From positions 124,001-188,000 of the forward strand of contig OZ024746.1 of the NCBI GenBank assembly GCA_964016885.1: 64,000 nucleotides of DNA. The letters are read 5' to 3'. The position numbers and the translations under genes are program-made. Origin of the DNA: Eledone cirrhosa. Lineage: Eukaryota. The notes under the pieces are model-generated. The model ran no database searches, was not told the DNA's origin, and saw only the letters and a list, made by a program, of their open reading frames with translations. Below are positions 12,101-23,650 of this stretch, piece after piece (the stretch's first letter is position 1; each line of letters starts with the position of its first letter).

Positions 12101-13954
12101 GCGTTGGTATGGGCATGTGATGCGTATGAAGGGTGACAGCTGCATAAAAAGGTGCAGAGCACTAAAAGTCATTGGAAACCGCGGAGTGGGGAGACCCAAG
12201 AAGACCTGGGATGAGGTGATAAAAGCTGACCTTACCCAATTACACCTCTCAAAGGCGATGACACACGACCGTGACCTCTGGCATCACGCAGTAATACAGA
12301 AGAGCCGACCCCCCACGGGTACAAGCCGAAGCTGAAGGATAATGACAATATGCCCCCACGCCCCTCCCACTGTAAAGTGGACGTGTAGGCGCCTCAGAAA
12401 AAAAGCACCCAGCACTCACTGTAAATGAGGTTGGTGTTAGAAAGGGAATCCAGCTGTAGAAAGCAAACCAGAATCAGTTCCCGTATGAGCAAGACAAGGT
12501 CAGCCGACCGGACACTGCCTACAACAGGACAACCCATCTAACCCATGCTAGCATGGAAGAACGTACGTAAAACGGTGATGATGATATATATGTATATATA
12601 TATATCATCATCATCATCATCATATATATATACACTGGTATATTTCTTACCTCCTTCATTTGCTGAATGCCATCTTTCATCAGATTCCAAGAGAACAAAT
12701 ACTGTATCATTAGGAAGAAGAGCAAAATAATCGTCATCATCTACATCGGTGCCGTCAGCTTCCAACACTAACCGAATATCGGTGCCGCTCGCTAAACCTA
12801 GTTTCACTTTACCTGCATTAAAAGAAAACAAAAAAAATGGGTTATATTAATTTTTCTTCTTAAGCAGATAGTGGTGATGATGATGATGATGATGGTGGTT
12901 GTTGGGGTGGTGGTGGTGATGATGATGATGATGGTGGTTGTTGGGGTGATGGTGGTGGTGATGATGATGATGATGGTGGTTGTTGGGGTGATGGTGGTGG
13001 TGATGATGGTTGTTGGGGTGATGATGATGGTGGTTGTTGGGGTGATGGTGGTTGTTGGGGTGATGGTGGTGGTGATGGTGGTTGTTGGGGTGATGGTGGT
13101 GGTGATGGTTGTTGGGGTGATGATGATGGTGGTTGTTGGGGGTGATGGTGGTGGTTGTTGGGGTGATGATGATGGTGGTTGTTGGGGGTGATGGTGGTGG
13201 TGGTGGTTGTTGGGGTGATGGTGGTGGTGGTTGTTGGGGGTGATGGTGGTGGTGGTGGTGGTTGTTGGGGTGATGGTGGTGGTGGTGATGATGATGAGGA
13301 AGAGGAGGATGACAGTGATGGTGATGATGAGGAGGGGGTGACAGTGATGGTGAGGAGGAGGAGGAGGATGAGGAGGAGGAGGAGGAGGAGGAGGAGGAGG
13401 ACAGTGGTGGCGATGTGGAGGAGAAGGTGAAGGATGACAGTGATGATGAGGAGGGGGTGCAGGTGGAAGATGACAGTGATGGTGATGATGAGGAGGAGGA
13501 GGTGGAGGATGACAGTGATGGTGAGGAGGAGGAGGAGGAGGAGGAGGAGGAGGAGGAGGAGGATGATGACAGTGATGGTGATGATGATGATTTGCTGTTT
13601 CAACTGTCAGTTTCTACTTTCTTCTGCAATTCTACAGACTTCACCATTTTTAAAACATGTTTTTGCCACATTCCCAAAATGAAATGTGATTCCTCCTCCT
13701 TAAAGATTGAGTTGACCAGTGACCAAAGACATTCCTGCCATGGACATCGCATCTAAAATCCCATTATCCAATGTACACTTTACAATTGTTTTAAGAAAAA
13801 TGGAGTTGAGATTTGATAATAGGGAGGTTTGATCTCAGATCATGGTGACCCATCCAACACACTCTAACATGGAAAATAGACTAAAATGATGATATATATA
13901 TGTGTGTGAGTGTGTGTGAGTGGAGGGGAGTGTGTGTGTGTGTGTGTGAGTGTG

Positions 13955-14015
<61 letters not shown>

Positions 14016-14369
14016 CTGTGTGTGTGTGTGTAGCAAAATTTATTGGAGTGAAATTTGCTATGGTACAAAAATATGGCATATTAGCGTATTTTTGAATCAT
14101 CTGCCATTTTCATCAATTCTGAAGAAAATAACTGATGGACACTAGTCAGGCAGTACCAATGTTGGGTGGAAAATGGACTTTAAATGGTGATGATGGAAAC
14201 AACTGAAAAAAAGAATAATTTTACCCTTTAGAACTAAATCTTGTAGATTACTGGCTACAACTGGTTTTTTGGTGGTTCTCTCACTGTTCCAGATTTTAAA
14301 GGCTTTGGGATTTTGGTTGGGAGCTTGATTGGGAGTTTGGTTGAGAGTTTGGTTGGGGGTTTGACTCAT
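6685..14369 (-). CDS. Spliced gene (CDS exons 14369-14225, 12812-12651, 7526-6685; 1149 nt, 382 aa): CIDE-N domain + S/T-rich linker + Myb/SANT-like (Myb_DNA-bind_4/trihelix) domain + coiled coil
   Basis: Both introns are GT-AG and phase 1, joining in frame (LVLK-G-KVKL; ANEG-D-GSKD). CIDE-N motifs KAFKIWNSERTTKKPVVASNLQDL...LVLEADGTDVDDDDYFALLPNDTVFVLL...W; SANT-like W..E.T..FI...LWEEIS..M...G...S..QCENKWKSL...FYDEI..ILG. Confidence 0.85.
7695..7860 (-). mobile_element. SINE family copy (core gccttttcatccttacggggtcgataaaataaagtaccag)
   Basis: Near-identical reverse complement of 23915-24098; B-box-like gagttcaaatccc. Confidence 0.75.
8587..8733. repeat. Foldback element with about 50-bp inverted arms, between (TA)n tracts
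   Basis: ttatgtaataaacaagataagataattatttcatttaccaatggtttcttg ... caagaaaccactggtaaatgaaataattatcttatgttgtttattacataa. Confidence 0.75.
9201..9236 (+). ncRNA. Degenerate minimal hammerhead motif
   Basis: TCTT-CTGATGA-AGGACTAGCATCA-GAAA-TG-TT-AAGA; stems II and III decayed. Confidence 0.4.
9539..12583 (+). mobile_element. 5'-truncated RTE LINE, same family as 2510-5722, in intron 2 of the CIDE-N gene
   Basis: ORFs 9629-12335 nearly identical in protein to the minus-strand copy; same 3' UTR and tail. Confidence 0.95.
12651..12812 (-). CDS. CIDE-N/Myb-SANT gene, second coding exon (C-half of CIDE-N)
   Basis: taatgcag acceptor, G|gtaaga donor, 162 bp; KVKLGLASGTDIRLVLEADGTDVDDDDYFALLPNDTVFVLLESDERW. 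Confidence 0.9.
12870..13590. repeat. Compound (GAT/GGT/GAG)n trinucleotide low-complexity tract in intron 1
   Basis: Visible repeat; the ORFs across it are homopolymeric artefacts. Confidence 0.95.
14225..14369 (-). CDS. CIDE-N/Myb-SANT gene, first coding exon (QTPN repeats + N-half of CIDE-N); exon acceptor at 14402-14404 gives a short 5' UTR
   Basis: ORF MSQTPNQ...KAFKIWNSERTTKKPVVASNLQDLVLKG; donor G|gtaaaa at 14224; upstream ctttcag acceptor. Confidence 0.85.
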
Positions 14370-15204
14370 GTTTGAAGAATAACGCCTACATCAAACAACG
14401 TCTGAAAGATAAAAAAGTGCAAAAATTAAAATATTTAGCATTACATTATATTTTTATCTTCCACCCAAAGTCAGATTAAAGCAACTAGGGCCCTGGACTA
14501 GAGAACATTTAGAATCCTCAAGCCTACACCTAAAACGATATTGAGATTTCAGCATCAATCCATGCCAACATCTAAAACAGAGGTGATATCAAATGACAGG
14601 GTTGAATTAAAGCAACTAAGGACCCTGGACTAGAAAACATTTCAAACTTCACCCATGCTAGCGTGGAAAATGGACGTTAAACGAAGATGATGATGATGAT
14701 GATGATGACTCACAAGAAATTTAATGAAAATTAAAAGTATATGAATGTAATTCTACCAATAGAAAGTAAGATCCTAGCATCAATCCCTGCCAACCTATAA
14801 AACAGAAGTAACACCTTCAAAAATGTATCTAATAACAATTATAATATCCTAAACTTTGATAAAAATGTTTCATATTTCATAGTTATATTTTAATCCAGGG
14901 ATCACAAACATGCGATCCACAAACTACTTTTTTATGGCACATAGTAGAACAATTTTTGTGATCAACATTTTCCTAAAACTTGGTAATTTGTTAATAAATG
15001 GCAGCCTAAAGCTATAATGTAGATTGGCATTATAGCTGGTAGAAATCTTCCTCAGACACATTTCACTTTTGGCCTGCTGTGCCTCTCCCTCCCCCACCTG
15101 AACAGAATAGTTCTTTTGTTGAGTTTAAGAGCCCCTGTCTTGTTCTGTTCCATATTCTGTTGGAGGTCTCAGTAGACATCAAGAACACCAATCTCTCTCA
15201 CAGA

Positions 15205-15400
15205 CGAGAAAGGACCTCTAAGGTTCATGTCTGCTACCACCATCACACCACCACTACTAGTACTACTACTCACAAACCAGAAAGGACCTCTAAGGTTCAT
15301 GTCTGCTGCTGCTACCACCACCACTACTACTACTACTAACATACTATTACTACTACTACTACTCACAAACCAGAAAGGATCTCTAAGTTTCATGCCTACT
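15205..15400. repeat. About 80-bp tandem repeat x2.5
   Basis: gaaaggacctctaaggttcatgtctgct...(tac)n cacaaacca. Confidence 0.8.
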
Positions 15401-16417
15401 TCTACTCACACTAATTAAGGATTTTTCATTTAGGTCACATGGCTAGTAATTTGGTGGGAGAAAAGGGGGATTAAATCAACCTCATTACTTGACTGCTACT
15501 TTTATTTTATCGACTCCTGAGAGGATAAAAGTCAAAGTTGACCTTTGTAGGATTTGAACTTAGAATGTAAAAGGGTGTAACTGTACACTGCAAAGCATGG
15601 TGTCTGACGCTCTACCAATACTGCCAATCCACTGCCCTCAACTCGCACAAATAACAACAAAGCTATCTGGTCCAATGCCAAAACTATTGTGAATTAGATG
15701 CTTATTGTCTTGCTTTCTATAATACACATGAAATCCAACCTTCATATGCTGAACTCTATTTTCATAATAAGTGGAAGAAATACGTTATAATTAGTTATGG
15801 TAATTACCAGGGTAAACTATAATTAAAATTTGTCAGCAATTAACAAAAGAATGAGATCTTGAAAAAGACTTTGTAAAAATGCATTATTTAAAAACAGAGG
15901 AAAAGTTGCCAAAAGAATATATTTCTATGTAAGTTGTAATATATTTATATTATATTACAGTCTAAAGTGGAGTTTGTCATCTCTTACAACATGGTCTTAA
16001 CATTTGTATGTATGTATATATGTATTTGTATATATGTACATATGTTTGTATGTGTGCATGTGTGTGTATGTATGTATGAATGTATGTATATATGTCTATA
16101 TGTGTGTATGCATGCATGCATATAAGTATGAATGAATATATATATATATGTATGTACTCATGTATACAGTAGCCAATGGTACCAGCACAAACTAACCCAT
16201 AATAGGCTGTCATATCATCCTCCATCCCTGTTCAGCATCTATGTTATGCAGAGCCCCAGGCCCAGGTGTACACCATCTCATGGTGCCAGCAAGAGAAGTG
16301 TACTGAAAGAGCAATTCCAACTCACAGGGATAATTCCTGTGGAGGGCCCCAACTCCATCTTGATAGCATTGAGTAGAGAGGTGATGCAGGGATCAACAAT
16401 ACCAAAGGTTTCCATCT

Positions 16418-16590
16418 GCCTACCTGAAGATATGAAGATACTTGTAGTCTACCTGAAGATATGAACAGACCTGTATGTCTACCTGATCATATCTGTATGT
16501 CCACCTGAAGACATGAACACACCTGTATGTCTACCTGAACATACCTGTATGTCTACCTGAACATACTTGTATGCCTACCTAAACATACCT
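16418..16590. repeat. Degenerate short-period tandem repeat
   Basis: Repeated (tgt)ctacctgaa motif. Confidence 0.7.
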
Positions 16591-16759
16591 ACAGTCTAAT
16601 GACTGAAATCAGTGAAAGGATATTTATATTAGTGGTACTATTATAAGGTTTTTTCCTATTTTCCACCTGTGCCATTTTTACCTGTGAAATCTTAACTGTA
16701 CACCTATTCCATTACTTCAGTAACATTGATGATATACCTACACTGTAAATTCAGTTGAT

Positions 16760-17203
16760 TTTAGAATTGAAATAGAAATAGAAACATTGCTGTAACATTG
16801 ACTACAGAGACAAAAGGGGACCCCATGTGTTTTCAATGTGACAGAAAGAAGTAAAGACAGAGTTGCAACGTTGTCCTCATCTATATATAGAGAGGGGGAG
16901 CGAAAGAGAGGTATATAGAGAGAAAAGGAACGCCATTTGTTTAGAGAGAGAGAGTATGTGTGTGTAACAGAAAGAGGGAGAAGACGTCGCTCTCATCTAA
17001 TATAGTCTATTAAGAGGGTATAGTAAACCCACTGAATGGAAAAAGATGGGTATCAGCTCACATAATAGTAGAGTAATCATCCGGCAAACGAGAGGTGTAG
17101 GTTCATCTCCAATCTTTTTCTGTCGGTTTATATACCCCATTATTAGACTATATTATGTAGGCAATATTACAGCGATGCTTCTATTTCTATTTCAATTCTA
17201 AAA
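16760..17203. mobile_element. Inverted-repeat (MITE/foldback) element with tRNA-like core
   Basis: Outer arms 16760-16807/17156-17203 and inner arms 16998-17030/17124-17155; core cagctcacataatagtagag...gtaggttcatctcc. Confidence 0.6.
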
Positions 17204-17261
17204 ACTTTGCTCATTGCATTTCAAACATATTTCCTGCATTGTTGGTTATCTTATATACTAT

Positions 17262-17610
17262 AGGACACAGCATGGCTGAATGGTTAAGAAGTTTGCTTCA
17301 CAATCATTAGGTTCCAGGTTTGATCCCACCTCCTGCAGGGCTTCATCAGTGACATTTACCACAGCTTTGAGTTGACTCATGTTTTGTGAGGGAAATTGGA
17401 TAGACAGAAACTGTTAGTAAACCCATTGGATGGACTGTACCTGTTATTCAAAGGGGCAGCCTTGTCACACACCGTGTCATGCTGACTCTTCCTGAGAATT
17501 ATGTTAAGTGTACAGGTATCTGTGGAATGCTCATCCACTTACATGTTTCCATAGCAGGCTGTCCTGTTGATCAAACAACTGGAACAGTCATCATTGAACC
17601 TAATGAAGTT
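17262..17610 (+). mobile_element. Old tRNA-derived SINE
   Basis: ggacacagcatggctgaatggttaagaag...ggtttgatccc A/B-box head. Confidence 0.6.
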
Positions 17611-17719
17611 ATATTCCAAGAACTTTATTTTTTAAAACTTTTTTTGTGAAAGGAAAAATATCTCCAAGAAATGTATTCAATATACAAAATCTCACAATGT
17701 TATGAAAGGTCATTGACAT

Positions 17720-18130
17720 TATCATCATCATCGTTTTTATGTCCGTTTTTCCACGTTTGCATGGGTTAGGTGGGTCCTTCTCGGCACAGCATCTCTCCAC
17801 TTGCTGCATTTCTTCGTCATCTCCTTTGTGAGTCTCAGTTATTTGAGATCAGCTCTCACAACCTCTGCCCAGGACTTTCTTTGTCAACATCTACTGCAGT
17901 TTCCTTCCACTGGCATTTCCTGGCACTTCTTCAACCATCAGTCACCATCCATGCAGTCCTGTACACCCACTCAGATTCCTCTTAAATCCAGTTTCTCCTT
18001 CAGTTCATCCAAGCTCTGTCTTTCTCTCACATTTACATTGCACATCCAACGAAGCATGGATACTTCATTTCTCTCCAGTACACATATCTTCTGCAGTCAC
18101 TGCCTATGTTTCACTACCATGCAATATAAA
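17720..18130 (-). mobile_element. RTE LINE 3' fragment
   Basis: (cat)n tail plus cacatccaacgaagcat (LRWMC) homology to RTE C-terminus. Confidence 0.7.
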
Positions 18131-18300
18131 AATAATTGAGCAGTATCTAATAAAAACAAAACACACTACTAAAGGCTCTATTCTTGTATTTAGTTTTGCA
18201 AAAATTACAAATTCAATTCAGATTCTTTCTTTTAGCAAACTTCAGAGTGAAACTTTATCTTGAATTTCTGAGGTCCTCAGCTTTACAAAGAACACACACA

Positions 18301-18397
<97 letters not shown>

Positions 18398-19978
18398 ACA
18401 AACATACAAACACAGATATACACATTTTCAAAGAAGTTATCATTTAGATATCACCAACTAAATCCTGATCCCCATCTCCATTATCATTGAACAATTGGTT
18501 TCCATAGGAACAGTTGGATGGGTCATCACAGATCAAGCCAGTTGTCAATTGGAGCTACTGACCTCTCAGGTGGGCTAGGTGGTTCATCTTACTTTTTGCA
18601 CTTTGCAGAGTGTAATGAGGGCATTTTATCATGGCACCAGCACAAGGGAGGTTGTTACATCTTTGCCTTAAATTAAGAGTCTTCTTGACCCTTTGTTTGG
18701 CAAGTTTTCTATAGCTGGATGCCTTTCTTATCATCAACCACTTTACAGAGTGTACTGGGTGTGTTTCATCAAGGCACCAACACTGGGGAGGTTGCTATGT
18801 CCTTGGCACTACATTACAAGGAGTATTGAGTACAATTTTCATGGCACCAGCACTAGAAAGGTTGCTTGTAATTGATTCAACTGAACAGTCCTCTATATAG
18901 AGAGGTGGGTGCTGATATATGAAGAAATCAAATAGCAGAGAGGCCACAGCTCAGAAAATTATCATAATTATAATTGAATTTTCCCACGTAGAAAACTAAA
19001 TAGTTGTGCTCCCAAAATTTCTTGTCAGGAACAATTTCATTCTCTGAAATAAATTAGTATATTCTAAGCAATACTTGATTTCAAAATAAGTCCTGGAGTC
19101 TAATGGCAACTATATATTATTATGAAGGCTTATATGCAACAAGACAGCTTAAGAATCTATGACAGACTAGATTGTGTTTTTCAACTTTTCAACTTTACAT
19201 CTTTCTACATCTAACTTCCTTTAAACTTGCTATGGAAATATATCATGACTATGTAAATGCTAAACATTTATGTTGGATGTAGTTCTACTTTAAATATTTA
19301 ACAAAAAAAAAAAATTTTCTTTAAGAAGAAAATTTTGTTTCCTTTCATGTTTTTATTTTTTTAACTCCGAGTAAATGCCTCGTGTCACTATGGCGCCCCT
19401 ACGTCTCCATCAGGAGTTAAGGGACCATACCATATAACTGCTACGTCAACAGGATATAGTCTTATTTTAGGGTTCCATAAAAGTAAAAATGAAATTTCCA
19501 GATGGAAAATTAAAAACCGAAAAGTAAATACAAAGAACGGAACGAAATTGATGTCTGAATATATACTGCTACAAATGAAAATTGTACTTAAAATAGAAAA
19601 AGAGAAATTGTTAAACGTAACAGAAATTGTATTTACATTTCGTTCTTTCCATTTCCCTGGCAACATATGTACACAAACAAAAAGTACTTCCGCATTCTTG
19701 TGGCCGCGTTTATACGTCAAGTAAACACATTTTATTACATGAAAAAAAAACACATTTTTTTCCTTCAACAGAAACAAAAAATAAGTACGTTTCGTTGCTT
19801 GTGTTTTAATTTCCGAGTTTCCGCTTCCATATTTCACTTTTACTTTAATAGAACCCTAAAGTAGGACTATGCCTACAACAACAAAAACTTTTTGGTATTA
19901 AACACATACGTGATTTGTGCAGCAAATTCGAATTTTTTTAAAGAATTCATCTGCAGAATAGATTTGTTGATTACTTAC

Positions 19979-20022
19979 GGAAAAAAAAAGAAGAGAAAAA
20001 GTCCCAATAATTTTCTCACTGA
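19979..20022 (-). promoter_or_regulatory. Candidate TSS and non-coding first exon of the CIDE-N gene
   Basis: Minus-strand TCAGT initiator-like motif (20018-20022) followed about 40 nt later by CC|GTAAGT donor; CpG-retaining stretch and CGGAAG motifs at 19400-19980. Confidence 0.3.
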
Positions 20023-20099
20023 CATAAAATATGAAGGTAATTAAAATTTAAATAAAAAGTTAAACTCAAAAGTAAAAGCTAATCTTGTGAGATAGTAAT

Positions 20100-21965
20100 A
20101 ATGATAATAATGAAATAATAATAATGAAAATATTGTGTACAGTGCTCAGGTGCACTACAACTCATCAAAAGTGTATGTATAGTACATAGGGTAATGTACA
20201 AACGTCAGGAAAATGAACAGTGCATGAGTCATGATATGCACGTGTGTGCATGTGTATGGAAGGGGTACATCAGGTGTAGTTTTGGCGAATTTCGGGAAGC
20301 ATGAGGGTTTTAAAGGATGCAGTGCCCCGACAGCTAACAACTGACGCAGGCAGTTTGTTCCATGCTTCAGCAACTCTAAGCGTGAAAAAATATTTCCGAA
20401 ACTCATGGGAGCTGTGCTGTTTTCTGACTTTGTAGGCATGTCCACGTGTGTTAGACACATGGAGATCAAAAAGGTGCTCAGGGTTGTTGTTGGCGAAATG
20501 GTTAATAACTTTGTGGGTGTTTACCAAGTCCATTGCCAGACGTCGGAGCTTCAATGAATCCATGCCCAGGGAAGCAAGGCGTTCAGAGTATGGTAGGTGT
20601 CTGATGGAGGGTATGCGCTTGGTTGCACGTCTCTGAACAGTTTCCAGGAGGTCAATGGTCTGAGCAAGATAGGGGTTCCAAACTGATGATGCGAATTCCA
20701 AGTGTGGTCGTACCATAGCTATATACAGCTTTAAATCGATGGCTGGAGAACGGCTAACAAAGGTCTTGCTGAGTGATGCCAAGACACCCTCGGCCTTCTT
20801 GACAATTTTAGAGATGTGCTTTGTCCAACGCAAATCGCTGCTGACAGTAATGCCCAGATCATGTTCACAAGAAGACTTCTTGATATCGGTGTTGTGGAGG
20901 GAGTATGTGGACGCTGGATTTTTCCTCCCAAAATACTAGGTGGTACACTTGTCCACAGCCAGCTTCAGTTGCCAGTCTGTGATTCATTGCTGCATTGTGT
21001 CCAGGTCTGATTGTAGGAAAGAGTTATAGATTTCAGGATCTGTCCTTTTGATTTCAAGGTACAGCTTGGTGTCATCTGCATATTTCAGTATTGTGGCATT
21101 CTTTAAGTTGGCATCTATGTCATTAATGTATGCAACAAACAAAAGGGGACCAAGAACAGATCCCTGTGGTACACCGGATGACATCTCATATGGTGAAGAA
21201 TGCTGTCCTAGAACCGTGACTACCTCTTTTCGGCTGAGAATGAAGGATTTCAACCAGTTAAAAAGATCATCCTTCATACCCATTGCAGAGAGTTTCGCCA
21301 TAAGTCTTTTGTGTGGCACAGAATTAAAAGCCTTAGCGAAGTCAAGGTAAACAACATCCACCCATGAGCCGCTGTCAGTGATCCGGGTAATGTCTTCAAG
21401 GAACTCAATAAGCTGATCACAGCAGCTGGAGTTAGGGATAAATCCAAATTACGAGGGTCGGATGAGGCTGTGAGAGCTCCAGAAGTTCCAAAGTATTTCT
21501 CTGACACAGGATTCCATCAGTTTGGCAATACAGCTAGTAAGACTGACTGGACGATAGTTGACAGCTGACGTGCGGTCGCCCTTTTTGAACAGGGTAATGA
21601 CACTGGCAGTTTTCCACTGCTCCAGAGTAGCACCATTGTTGAGACAGTATTGAAAGAAGAAAGAAAAGCTGGTGCAAAAGGAAGTACCCGCCACGTTTGA
21701 GAAACAGGTATGTAACACCAAGACCAGGGGAGGCATAGTTACGCTTATTCTTAAGGTGACGTCGCAGCATTGCAGATGTAACTTCCATAGTTGTTGTGGA
21801 ATTTGATGTTAGAGATGGTGGAGATGGTACATTCTGCTTTTCAACAGTAAAAATGCTTGCATAGCACTCAGCAATGAGTTCTGTGCATTCTTTGGGATCG
21901 TCAGTGATCTGGCTTGTGTGGGGATTGTATGTACATATTTCCAGAACACCTTACTGTCAGATTGG
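20100..21965 (-). mobile_element. CR1-clade LINE, 5'-truncated RT and 3' end
   Basis: NYRPVSLTS; DVVYLDFAKAF; GVPQGSVLGPLLF; YADDTK; VRPHLEFASSVWNP; LETVQRRATK; TRGH..K; FF..RV...WN.LP. Confidence 0.93.
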
Positions 21966-22524
21966 TGATACAAGAAATGGCTGAGATTTGAAGGTATTAA
22001 TTGTATTAATTTGGTAAAGAACCCAGTTTTAGGTACTGTATTAAGTGGGAATGGTAAATATAGCTTAAGAATTCCTGTTAAGAAATTTCGATTAAAAAAT
22101 TAAGAACTTAAATACAATTTAATAAATAATGAAAAAAACTGGCAGATGGTTTACAAAATAAATTAATTTTTAAAAAAGAGTCAGAAGGAAGATAAAAAGT
22201 GAGAAGACATGTACACTATAACAGGGAATGTTGGTGTTGCCTTCTAAATATATTTTTGGCAAGCTAAAACACTCAGAGCATTACCGCGAGTGATAGCGAG
22301 ACTAAGTTATTGGAATAGCTAAGTGCAATCAAGAGGATCACCTGATATTTCAGTAAGACTGGGGTGATAGCAAGGCTAAGGCGCTGGAATAGCCAAGAAC
22401 CTTCTCGAGTACCACTTGATATTTTCAGTAAGGCTGAGTAATGATAGCGTAGCTGAGACACTGAAATAGCCAAGCGCCTTCACGAACATTAGTAAGGTGA
22501 ACCACCAATAATAATAATAATAAT

Positions 22525-22645
22525 TGTTTCTACTTTTGGCACAAGGCCAGCAATTACCCAGTGGTAATTACTGGTACTTTATTTTATCGACCCCGTAAGG
22601 ATGAAAGGCAAAGTTAACCTCGGCGGGATTTGAACTCAGAATGGC
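22525..22645 (-). mobile_element. SINE copy (same family as 7695-7860)
   Basis: Near-identical sequence. Confidence 0.75.
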
Positions 22646-22697
22646 AAGGGCATAATAACCCTCGTTGTCAGCGGTCCAAGTCCCTCACACTGTTTCA

Positions 22698-22773
<76 letters not shown>

Positions 22774-23022
22774 TATACACACACACACACAATAAGAGTT
22801 TAGATCGATATCCAGTGATACATGTGTGAGTGTATCGTTATGAAAACAATGGCTCGTATTAAATAACTTTAAACAACAAGGAAAGAGGTTCTGTTTTACC
22901 AAGTTCATTGGAGATTCAATAAACAGCGAAGTTTAGACAATAAACAATCGCCCCAATATAAAGTCTGGGAAGTTTGTCCGACTTCGTCCCATGGTATTAT
23001 ACCATAATTATTGTGACGAAAT

Positions 23023-23131
23023 AGTTCAAATCCCACCGGGGTTAACTTTGCCTTTCATCCTTACGGGGTCGATAAAATAAAGTACCAGTAATACACTGGG
23101 GGTAATTGCTGGCCTTGTGCCTAAAGTAGAA
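23023..23131 (+). mobile_element. 5'-truncated SINE with about 20-bp TSD
   Basis: Flanked by ataattattgtgacgaaata / ataattattgtgaagaaata. Confidence 0.8.
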
Positions 23132-23183
23132 ATAATTATTGTGAAGAAATAATGTCCTAAGTCAAAACACGTGCTCTCTTAAA

Positions 23184-23228
23184 GCAGCCAGATGAAGACG
23201 ACCTAGCTGAAACTTCGAAGTCACTGTC
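23184..23228 (+). ncRNA. Degenerate hammerhead motif (core mutated to CAGATGA)
   Basis: CAGATGA...GAAA-CTTCGAAG-TC-ACTG with palindromic stem III and GTC site. Confidence 0.3.
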
Positions 23229-23260
23229 ACTTTTTTATTTAGAAAATAAAACTCTAGTTT

Positions 23261-23327
23261 TAAATGAACACTAAATACTTGTGTATAGTCTAGTCTAGCC
23301 TATACACAAGTATTTAGTGTTCATTTA
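23261..23327. repeat. Near-perfect 67-bp palindrome
   Basis: taaatgaacactaaatacttgtgtatag-tctagtctagc-ctatacacaagtatttagtgttcattta. Confidence 0.9.
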
Positions 23328-23371
23328 GTTTATATTGGAATGTTTTAAGCGATTTACTTTGTTAAGTACAG

Positions 23372-23650
23372 ACATACTAGAGAGTGTCACCTAGGGTAGC
23401 CCTTAGTCCCCTCCCCAGAGGTACTAGAGTGTCACCTAGGGTAGCCCTTAGTCCCCTCCCCACGTACTAGAGTGTCACCTAGGGTAGCCATTAGTCCCTT
23501 CCCCAGACATACTAGAGAGTGTGTCACCTAGAGTAGCCCTTAGTCCCCTCCCCAGACGTACTAGAGTGTGCGTCACCTAGGGAAGCCATTAATCCCTTCA
23601 CTACAAATACTGGAGTGTGGGCAGCCATTAGTTCCTTCCCCACACATACT
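23372..23650. repeat. About 45-bp minisatellite x5-6
   Basis: tactagagtgtcacctagggtagcccttagtcccctcccca. Confidence 0.9.

Noticed and set aside
12860-13756. Long Pro/Ser/His-rich, poly-Val and poly-Glu/Asp ORFs
   Set aside because: Trinucleotide low-complexity tract open in many frames on both strands; lies inside an intron whose flanking exons join in frame without it
23372-23650. CRISPR-like repeats
   Set aside because: Simple minisatellite without spacers
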